From positions 1-53,259 of the forward strand of contig DASVBJ010000299.1 in the NCBI GenBank assembly GCA_036375895.1: DNA of 53,259 bases. The letters run 5' to 3'. Below are positions 33,113-41,300 of this stretch, piece after piece; position 1 is the stretch's first letter; every line of letters starts with the position of its first letter. The position numbers and the translations under genes were made by a program. The notes under the pieces were generated by a model, which saw only the letters and a program-made list of their open reading frames with translations, was not told where the DNA came from and did no database searches. The stretch comes from Actinomycetes bacterium. Its GTDB lineage: Bacteria; Actinomycetota; Actinomycetes; JACCUZ01.

Positions 33113-34951
33113 ATGCGGCTCGTGGACACCGCCGCGACGGACCGGTTCACAACCGCTGACCTCGCCGTCGCGGTGGTCCGGCCGGGTGACCGAGTCTTCG
33201 TCGGCACCGCCTGCGCCACCCCGCGGGCGCTCGTCCGCGCCCTCGAGCAGCGCGCGCTCGACATGCCCGGGGTCCAGCTCGTCCACTTCCTCACCGACGG
33301 CGTCACGGTCGACTTCGGCAAGGGGCCGACCAGCCTGTTCCACCACCGGGTCACGTTCGTGGGACGCGACGTGCGCGACCTGCCGCCCAGCATGGTCGAC
33401 TACGTCCCGATCTCGCTGGCCGACGTCCCCGCGCTGTTCTCCTCGCGCCAGCAGCCGCTCGACGTCGCGTTCGTGCAGGTGGGACCGCCCGACGACGACG
33501 GCATGTGCAGCCTGGGTGTGTCCGTCGACGTCACCCTCGCCGCGGTCCGGGCAGCCCGGATCGTCGTCGCCGAGGTCAACCCAGCCATGCCGCGGACCCA
33601 CGGCGAGAGCCTCGTGCCGGTGGGCCGCTTCGCTCATCTCGTCATGGTCGACACACCCGTCATCGAGTTCGACCACGAGCCGCTGGGGCCGGTCGGCCGG
33701 CAGATCGCCCGTTACGTCGCCCGCCTCGTCGGCGACGGAGCCACCCTGCAGATCGGCCTGGGCCAGGTGCCCAACGAGATGCTGCACCTGCTCACCAACC
33801 GTCGTGACCTCGGGATCCACTCAGACGTGATCACCGAGCCGCTCGTCGACCTCATCGAGGCGGGAGCGGTGACCGGGAGCCGGAAGGGCATCCACCCCCA
33901 CCGCGTGGTGGCGAGCTACGCGATGGGGACCCGGCGCCTCTACGACCTGCTCGACGACAACGTGCGCTTCGAGCTGCGCCCCATCGAGTACGTCTGCGAC
34001 CCCGGGGTGATCGCCCGCAACACCGCGATGGTGTCGGTCACCCAGGCGCTCGCTGTCGACCTCACCGGGCAGGTGTGCGCCGACTGGCTGGCGAACGCGC
34101 CGTACGCCGGGGTCTCGACGCAGCCCGACTTCCACCACGGGGCCCGCCAGTCCCCCGGCGGCAAGGCCGTCGTCTGCCTCGCCTCGACCCATCCCGACGG
34201 CAGCAGCGCGATCAAGCTCGGCCTGAGCCCGGGCGAGGCGGTCGCCATCCCCCGGGCCGACGTGCACTGGCTCGTCACGGAGTACGGCACGGCCTACCTG
34301 CACGGCCGGTCCCTGCGGGAGCGCGCCATGGCCCTGCTGGAGGTCGCCCACCCGGACCACCGCGAGCGGCTGCTCGCGGAGGCCGCCGCGACCGGCCTGG
34401 TGCCGGCAACGGCCAGGCTGCGCAGCCGGTCCGCCTATCCGGTCGAGGAGGAGAGCCGCCACGTCCTCCGCGACGGCGCGGAGGTGCTGCTGCGCCCGAC
34501 CCGCTCGACCGACGCTCCCGCCATGCAGGAGCTGTTCTTCCGCCTGACCCCCGAGGACGTGTACACCCGCTTCTTCCGCAGGCTCAGCTCGCTGACGCTG
34601 GAGAAGGCCGAGCACCTGTGCAGCGTGAGCTACGAGCACGAGATGGCGTTCGCCGCCGTCATCGGCGAGGGAGGCACCGAGCGGGTGATCGGCACCGGCT
34701 GCTACTACGTCGAGGCGGACACCGGGCTCGCCGACGTCGCGTACATGGTCGACCCGGCGTGGCAGGGCCGCGGAGTGGGCCAGCTCCTGCAGGCCCGGCT
34801 GACCGACTACGCGCGCCGCCACGGCGTACGCGGCTTCACCGCCGACGTGCTCGCCCACAACGAGGCGATGCTCTCGGTCATGCGCAGGTCGGGCTGCGAC
34901 ATGACCGTCCGGCCCAGCAACGGCGAGATCGAGGTGACCCTGCTGTTCTGA
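33113..34951 (+). CDS. fusion protein: acetyl-CoA hydrolase/CoA-transferase-like domain + C-terminal Pat-type GNAT acetyltransferase domain
   Basis: The N-terminal ~450 aa resemble the 4-hydroxybutyrate/acetyl-CoA transferase family (GATLQIGLGQVPNE, HSDVITE). The C-terminal ~170 aa begin YPVEEESRHVLRDGAEVLLRPTRSTD and contain WQGRGVG. ATG 33113 was chosen over 33071. Confidence 0.78.
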   Translation: MRLVDTAATDRFTTADLAVAVVRPGDRVFVGTACATPRALVRALEQRALDMPGVQLVHFLTDGVTVDFGKGPTSLFHHRVTFVGRDVRDLPPSMVDYVPISLADVPALFSSRQQPLDVAFVQVGPPDDDGMCSLGVSVDVTLAAVRAARIVVAEVNPAMPRTHGESLVPVGRFAHLVMVDTPVIEFDHEPLGPVGRQIARYVARLVGDGATLQIGLGQVPNEMLHLLTNRRDLGIHSDVITEPLVDLIEAGAVTGSRKGIHPHRVVASYAMGTRRLYDLLDDNVRFELRPIEYVCDPGVIARNTAMVSVTQALAVDLTGQVCADWLANAPYAGVSTQPDFHHGARQSPGGKAVVCLASTHPDGSSAIKLGLSPGEAVAIPRADVHWLVTEYGTAYLHGRSLRERAMALLEVAHPDHRERLLAEAAATGLVPATARLRSRSAYPVEEESRHVLRDGAEVLLRPTRSTDAPAMQELFFRLTPEDVYTRFFRRLSSLTLEKAEHLCSVSYEHEMAFAAVIGEGGTERVIGTGCYYVEADTGLADVAYMVDPAWQGRGVGQLLQARLTDYARRHGVRGFTADVLAHNEAMLSVMRRSGCDMTVRPSNGEIEVTLLF

Positions 34952-34960
34952 CGCAGGCCC

Positions 34961-35884
34961 TCAGAAAAGGGCGTTGGCCAGCGCCGTGCGCGCCCTTGCC
35001 ACCCGCTCGTCCTGCGGTCCGACGATCTCGAACATGTCGAGCAGGTGCTGGCGCGCCCGGTCGCGGTCGTCGCCGCTGCTGCGGCGCACCACCTCGATGA
35101 GCCGCAGGAAGGCGTCCTCCACGTGGCCGCCGAGCAGGTCCAGGTCGGCGGCGGCCGTTTGCGCCGCGACGTCGTCGGGCCGCTCGGCCGCGGCCTGCCG
35201 GACCGCCCGCTCGTCGAGGTCGCGGGTGCGCCGCATCAGCTCGACCTGCGCCAGCCCGGCCTTCGCGTCGGCGTCACCCGGCGACTGGTCGAGCAGCGCC
35301 CGGTAGGCGGCGGCCGCCGCGTCGAGATCGCCCCGCTCGATGGCGTCGTAGGCCTCGTCGTAGCGCGGGTCGTGCGGCGGCTCGGCCGGCTCCTCGCCCT
35401 GCTCGGTGGGAGCCACCCGGCCGCTCACCCCGTTGGCCTCGGCGACGCGCAGCAACTCGTCGAGGTACTGCCTGACCTGCGGCTCCGGCAGCGCGCCCTG
35501 GAACAGCGGGATCGGCTGGCCCTTGACGACGGCGAACACCGACGGGATCGACTGCACCTGGAAGGCCGCACCGAGCCGCTGGTTGGCGTCCACGTCGATC
35601 TTGGCGAGCACCCACCGCCCCCCGTCGCCGAGCGCGAGCCGCTCGAGCACCGGGCTCAGCTGCTTGCACGGGCCGCACCAGTCGGCCCAGAAGTCGATGA
35701 CGACGGGCACGGTCATCGACTGCTCCACGACGGTGGCCTGGAAGTCGGCCTCGGTCACGTCGATGACGATGCCCCCGGCCGCCCCACCCTGGCCGGCGGC
35801 TGCCGGCGCCTGGCCCGCCGGGGCCCGCGATGCGAGCGAGGACAGGTCGACGGCGCCGTACGGGTTGATGCTGGGCTGGCTCAT
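34961..35884 (-). CDS. thioredoxin-domain plus TPR-like protein (YbbN/CnoX-like, Rv1324-like)
   Basis: 307 aa with WADWCGPCKQL (WCGPC) in the N-terminal half and a helical, repeat-like C-terminal half. Confidence 0.85.
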   Translation of the reverse strand: MSQPSINPYGAVDLSSLASRAPAGQAPAAAGQGGAAGGIVIDVTEADFQATVVEQSMTVPVVIDFWADWCGPCKQLSPVLERLALGDGGRWVLAKIDVDANQRLGAAFQVQSIPSVFAVVKGQPIPLFQGALPEPQVRQYLDELLRVAEANGVSGRVAPTEQGEEPAEPPHDPRYDEAYDAIERGDLDAAAAAYRALLDQSPGDADAKAGLAQVELMRRTRDLDERAVRQAAAERPDDVAAQTAAADLDLLGGHVEDAFLRLIEVVRRSSGDDRDRARQHLLDMFEIVGPQDERVARARTALANALF

Positions 35885-35941
35885 GCCCCCATCATCGCAG
35901 CGCCGACGGTGGTCTGCGCCGGTGCCTCCGCCGAGCCCGGT

Positions 35942-37615
35942 CTAGAAGCGGGGCGGCTCGCGGTAGTCGCCCCACTCGGCGCGCAGGGCGTCGCAGATCT
36001 CGCCGAGCGTCGCCTCGGCCCGCACCGCGTCGAGCATGGCCGGCACCATGTTGCCGTCGCCGCGGGCGACCTCGACCATGCGGGCCAGCGCGGCGTCGAT
36101 GGCTGCGGCGTCGCGGCCGTCCCGCCGGGCGCCGAGGACGCGCTTCTGCTCGCGCTCCACCTCGTGGGAGACGCGCAGGATCTCCAACGGCTCCTCGACG
36201 GTGTTGGTGTGGCAGTTGACGCCGACGATCTTCTTCTCGCCCTTCTCCAGCGACCGCTGGTAGGCGAAGGCCGACTCGGCGATCTCCGACATGAACCAGC
36301 CGTCCTCGATGCCGCGCAGCAGGCCGGAGGTGATCGTGCCGTCGGAGCCCATGTCCTTGATGCGGGCGAAGATCGCCTCCGCCTCGGCCTCGATCTTGTC
36401 GGTCAGCGCCTCGACGTACCACGACCCGCCGAGCGGGTCCGCGACGTTCACGACGCCGGTCTCCTCCATGATCACCTGCTGGGTGCGCAGCGCGATCTCG
36501 GCGGCCTTCTCGCTGGGCAGCGCGAGCACCTCGTCGAGCGCGTTGGTGTGCAGCGAGTTCGTGCCGCCGAGCACCGCGGCGAGCGCCTCGACGGCCGTGC
36601 GCACGATGTTGTTGTCGGGCTGCTGGGCCGTCAGCGAGACACCCGCGGTCTGGGTGTGGAACCGCAGCCACTGCGCCTTCTCGGTCTTCGCGCCGTAGAC
36701 GTCGCGCATCCAGCGGGCCCAGATGCGCCGGGCCGCGCGGAACTTCGCGATCTCCTCGAAGAAGTCGACGTGCGAGTCGAAGAAGAACGACAGCCCGGGT
36801 GCGAACTGGTCGACGTCCAGGCCGCGCGACTGGCCGAGCTCGACGTAGCCGAACCCGTCGGCCAGCGTGAACGCGAGCTCCTGGGCGGCCGTCGAGCCGG
36901 CCTCCCGGATGTGGTAGCCGGAGACGCTCAACGGCTTGTACGCCGGGATGTTCTCGACGCAGTACTCCATCAGGTCGCCGATGAGTCGCAGGTGCGGCTC
37001 GGGCGGGAACAGCCACTCCTTCTGCGCGATGTACTCCTTGAAGATGTCGGTCTGCAGCGTGCCGTTCAGCGTCGCGATGTCCACGCCCTGTCGCTCCGCG
37101 GCGACGAGGTACATGCAGAACACCGGCACGGCCGGGCCGCTGATCGTCATCGACGTGGTGACGTCGCCGAGCGGGATGTCGCTGAACAGCACGTCCATGT
37201 CGGCAGCGGAGTCGATCGCCACGCCGCAGTGGCCGACCTCGCCGAGCGAGCGCGGGTCGTCGGAGTCACGCCCCATGAGGGTCGGCATGTCGAACGCCAC
37301 CGAGAGTCCGCCGCCGCCCGAGCGCAGGATCATCTTGTAGCGCTCGTTGGTCTGCTGGGCGTTGCCGAAGCCGGCGAACTGCCGGATGGTCCACGACCGG
37401 CCGCGGTAGCCCGTCGGGTAGAGCCCGCGCGTTAACGGGAACTCCCCCGGCCAGCCGATCCGCTCGAACCCCTCGACCGTGTCCCCCGGGCGGGGGCCGT
37501 AGACCGGGTCGACCTCGACGCCGGACAGCGTCGTGAAGTCGGCCTCGCGCTTGCGGGCGGCGTCATAGCGCGCCTGCCACCGCTCGCGACCGGACTCGAT
37601 CTCGTGGGCGTCCAC
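35942..37615 (-). CDS. icmA: acyl-CoA mutase large (substrate-binding) subunit, isobutyryl-CoA mutase IcmA-like; no B12-binding domain
   Basis: 557 aa from GTG 37615 (GGGAGG upstream). Motifs are WTIRQFAGFGNAQQTNERYK, LSVAFDMPTL and TLQTDIFKEYIAQKEW. The protein ends right after the TIM-barrel/linker with no DxHxxG module. Confidence 0.82.
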   Translation of the reverse strand: MDAHEIESGRERWQARYDAARKREADFTTLSGVEVDPVYGPRPGDTVEGFERIGWPGEFPLTRGLYPTGYRGRSWTIRQFAGFGNAQQTNERYKMILRSGGGGLSVAFDMPTLMGRDSDDPRSLGEVGHCGVAIDSAADMDVLFSDIPLGDVTTSMTISGPAVPVFCMYLVAAERQGVDIATLNGTLQTDIFKEYIAQKEWLFPPEPHLRLIGDLMEYCVENIPAYKPLSVSGYHIREAGSTAAQELAFTLADGFGYVELGQSRGLDVDQFAPGLSFFFDSHVDFFEEIAKFRAARRIWARWMRDVYGAKTEKAQWLRFHTQTAGVSLTAQQPDNNIVRTAVEALAAVLGGTNSLHTNALDEVLALPSEKAAEIALRTQQVIMEETGVVNVADPLGGSWYVEALTDKIEAEAEAIFARIKDMGSDGTITSGLLRGIEDGWFMSEIAESAFAYQRSLEKGEKKIVGVNCHTNTVEEPLEILRVSHEVEREQKRVLGARRDGRDAAAIDAALARMVEVARGDGNMVPAMLDAVRAEATLGEICDALRAEWGDYREPPRF

Positions 37616-37704
37616 GGGGCCTCCCGATGTGACGTTGCACGCCCGATCTGACGTGCAGCGCGTCACAGGGTACTGCTCCGCCCGCCACTGCACTCGAGCC
37701 ACCG

Positions 37705-37726
37705 GCTCGCCGGAGTGCCGGCGAGC
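37705..37726 (-). terminator. 9-bp perfect stem-loop 5 nt downstream of the 37731 stop
   Basis: GCTCGCCGG (37705-37713), loop AGTG, then CCGGCGAGC (37718-37726). No U-tract. Confidence 0.5.
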
Positions 37727-37730
37727 TGCA

Positions 37731-38282
37731 CTAGGTGGTCTGCTTGCGCGCTGTGCCCTCGGCGTCGCTGCGTGCTCGGGGGACTCGGGTCGTCGCCGCG
37801 CCGGTGGAGGCGGCTCGCCGGGTCGTCGTGCGCCGGCCAGCCGCACGACGGGGGGCTTCCTGCCGTGCCGACCCCTGCTTCGACGCGACCGCTGCGGCCG
37901 CCCGCTTCCGGCCCGAGTCGTCACCGCCCTGCGCCGTCACGGAGGTCTCGTCCCGCACGTAGGCGCGCGCCCGCTGTTCGGCAACCCACGTGCCGGCGGC
38001 GACCGCGGCCGCGACCGGCCAGTCCAGCACGCCGATGACCGCAAGCCCACCGAGTCCGCCGATCCACAGCGCCCGCCCGCGCAGGCTGCGCGGATCGACA
38101 TGCGGCATCAGTCGACCAGTCCCCGGCACGTGCACGCCTCGTACGTGCACGCTGGGCACGTGGACGCCTGGGAGGGGCACCCGGTACACACGCAACGTAG
38201 GCACCACCACCGGCGCACTAGGCCGTCGGCCGGCGCCCTCGGTCGCCTGCTCGGCCCTGGTGCGGGCTGCTGAGTCGCTCAT
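37731..38282 (-). CDS. hypothetical membrane protein with [G/S]VHV[P/R] pentapeptide repeats and an Arg/Thr/Ala-rich tail
   Basis: ATG 38282 is preceded by GAGGAG (6-nt spacer); GTG 38315 is an alternative. GC3 is high but below that of neighbouring genes. One hydrophobic segment: ALWIGGLGGLAVIGVLDWPVAAAVAAGTWV. No family recognised. Confidence 0.45.
   Translation of the reverse strand: MSDSAARTRAEQATEGAGRRPSAPVVVPTLRVYRVPLPGVHVPSVHVRGVHVPGTGRLMPHVDPRSLRGRALWIGGLGGLAVIGVLDWPVAAAVAAGTWVAEQRARAYVRDETSVTAQGGDDSGRKRAAAAVASKQGSARQEAPRRAAGRRTTTRRAASTGAATTRVPRARSDAEGTARKQTT
38125..38169. repeat. 15-bp imperfect tandem repeat x3 containing CACGTG/TACGTG cores
   Basis: The three units are GGCACGTGCACGCCT, CGTACGTGCACGCTG and GGCACGTGGACGCCT. 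They lie inside the 37731-38282 ORF and encode GVHVP-SVHVR-GVHVP. Confidence 0.8.
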
Positions 38283-38326
38283 CGCGTTCTCCTCGTCGTC
38301 GTCCCCCGTCGTCACGGTGCTCGCTG

Positions 38327-41300
38327 TCAGGCGTCGGTGCTTCCGGGCGCATCACCGCCGCCCGCAGCTGGGTGCACCCCAGACTCAGGCTCCGCCGCCT
38401 GCCGTGGTGCTGGCAAGGTCGCGACGCTCGGCCGCGGCTGGGCCATCGACTGCGCAGACGGTTCCGGCGCCTGCACGGTCGGCTCCGGCAAGGCCCATCG
38501 CACGACGGCGGGGACAAGCAGCGACGCTGCTGTCGCCGTGCCGGCAGCCGTGAGCCCGATGGTCCAGCCGACCGGGCCCAGGGGTCGGCTTCCGAAGAAG
38601 TGGCTCACCCCGGGTGTGGCCACGATCCCGGCCAGCGCCGCAGCCGAGACGACGCTGGCACCCAGGACGAGCGGGCTGTGCAGGCCGAGGACGGCGGTCT
38701 GCCCGAGCTGGGCGCCGACCAGTGCGACCAGCGCCACGGTTGACGCCCTCCCAGCCGTGCCGGTCACCCGGGCCGCGGCCCAACCACCGCCGGCCGCGGC
38801 GGCGGTCAACGCGCCCCGGATCAGGACGTCCCGCACCAGGGCCTGGCCCAGCGAGGCGTCCGGCCCCTCGCGCAGCAGGTCCTCCGGCGATCGGCTGCGT
38901 GGCGGTCGCACGGCCAGCGCGGTCGACGGCAACAGGTCGGTCAGCAGGTTGACCAGCAGCAGCTGGCGGGCGTTGAGTGCCGGGCCGCCGGGAAGCAGTC
39001 CGGTGGCCACCGTGAAGCCGATCTCGCCTAGGTTGCCGCCGAGCAGCACTCCGACCGCGTCGCGGACTGACGTCCAGGTCGCCCGGCCCTCGACGATGGC
39101 AGCGATGATCGTCTCCAGTGCGTCGTCGGTGACCACCAGGTCGGCGGCCTCCTTCGCAGCGTTCGTGCCCCGTCGGCCCAGCGCCACCCCGACGTCCGCG
39201 AGCCGGATGGCCGGCGCGTCGTTGGCGCCGTCGCCGGTGACAGCCACCACCCGACCCCGATCCTGGAGCACTCGCACGATCCGGACCTTGTGCTCGGGAC
39301 TGACCCGGGCGAAGACCGAGCCTCGCGCCAGCAGCTCGGCCAGCTCGTCGTCACCGCGGCGGTCGACCTCCGACCCGGTCACGACGGTGCCATCGAGGAT
39401 CCCGAGCTCGGCCGCGATCGCCTCCGCGGTGCTGGGATGGTCACCGGTGAGCATCACGACCCGGACCCCTGCCTCGAGGACACCGCGCACCGCCGCAGCC
39501 GCACTGGCGCGGACCGGGTCGCTGAAGGCAAGCAGGCCGACCAGCCCGAGTCGGCCGACCCGTTCGTCGTCGAGGTCCCCGCGCCCGGACGCGTCCCGTT
39601 CCGCGACGGCCAGCACCCGGAAGCCGTGTCGGGCCAGCTGCTCCACCTCGTCCTCGACGCGGGCTCGCGCCTCGTCGTCCAGCGGCCGGCTTGCGGCGGC
39701 TCGGCGGATGTCGGAGCACCGTGGCAGCACGATCTCGGGCGCGCCCTTGACCGAGATCAGCGGGCCTGCCGAGGTCGTGCCGAGCACGGCGTGGAAGCCC
39801 CGTGCCGACTCGAAAGGCAGCTCCGCGGCCGGTTGCCATGACGCGACCTCGGCGTCCGGGGTCACGTCCGCGTGCCGTGCCGCACGCAGCACGGCCCGGT
39901 CCGTCGGGTGTGGGAGTCGGCCACCTGCCTTGGCCTGCGGCGTGGCCCGCAGCCCGGCGGCCAGGACCGCCCTGCCCGCGTCGTCGAGAGCGGACAGCGG
40001 GGTGCCCGCCGCCCCGGCGTCGGCGGCCCGTGCCCCGGGGCCGCGCCCCTCCGGTCCCCGCTCAGCCGCGTCCGCGGGCCACACCGCGTGCAGGCTCATC
40101 CGGCCCTCGGTCAGGGTGCCGGTCTTGTCGAAGCACAGCACGTCGACCCGCCCGAGGGTCTCCACGGTGGACGATGACCGCACCAGCGCGCCCTGCCGCG
40201 CAAGCCTCTTGGCGGCGCTGAGCTGCGCCAGGCCGGCGACGATCGGCAGCCCCTCCGGTACCGCCGCGACCGCGAGGCTGACACCGGTGCCGAGCGTGCG
40301 GTTGATGGGCACACCACGCAGCAGCCCGGCGCCGACCAGTCCCACACCGGCACCGAGGGCGAGCGGAACCGTCGCCGCGGTCAGCTTCTGCAGCCGCGCC
40401 TGCACGCCACCCGGCCGCCGCGGTCCGGCAGCTGCTCGCGCGGCCCGGCCGACCTCCGTGCCGGGGCCGGTTGCGACGACGACCCCGACCGCGCGCCCAG
40501 CGGCCACCGTCGTGCCCTCGTAGAGCATGTTGCGTCGGTCCGCGAGGGCCGCACTGGCGACGGGGCTCGACATCTTGCGCACCAGCTGGGACTCCCCGGT
40601 GAGACTGGACTCGTCCACCTCGACACCCGCCGCCTCGATGATCCGCGCGTCGGCCGGGACGGCGTCCCCGGCCTCGACCGTGATGAGGTCACCGTCCACC
40701 AGATGGTCGGCTGTGACCGTGGTGTCCTCGCCGCCCCGCAGCAGCTTGACCCGGACCGCCGAGACATCGACGAGCTTGCGTAGAGCACGCTGCGCCCCGA
40801 CGCGCTGCAGACCGCCGAGCAAGGCGTTGACGCTCATCACCGAGCCGATGAGGACCGCATCGGTGACCGAGCCGCCGACTGCGGACAGGCCCGCTCCACC
40901 GGCCAGGGCCGGCGTCAACGGGTTGGCCAGCTCCTCGAGGGATGCGCCGACCACGGTGGGCGTCTCTTCCTCGTCATCGGGTGGCCGGCGCCGCAGCCGC
41001 GCCTGCGCCTCCTGCGCAGACAAGCCTTCCTGCCCGCTGCCCAGAGCCCGGAGGGCGGCATCCCGGTCCAGCTCGTGCCACGGGGTGATGTCGACCGGTA
41101 TCGGGTCGGGCCGCAACCCGACCTGCCTGGCCAGGTAGACCCCAGTCGCGATGGACGCGACGCTCGCCGCGTTGACCCCCAGCATGGCGCGGGCCGCGGC
41201 GTCCCGGCGCGGCCCGGCGAGCGCCAGGATGGCGCCGACTCCTGATCCGTAGGTCGCCAACGTCACCCCGAGCGAGCTGGCCCGCGCCGCCGGGCGCAGG

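Noticed and set aside
35045-37435. 796-aa plus-strand ORF
   Set aside because: It is antisense to the thioredoxin-TPR gene and icmA.
38337-40523. 728-aa plus-strand ORF (and other long ORFs across 38.3-42.9 kb)
   Set aside because: They are antisense to or out of frame with the P-type ATPase. They are Ser/Arg/Pro/Ala-rich with no motifs.
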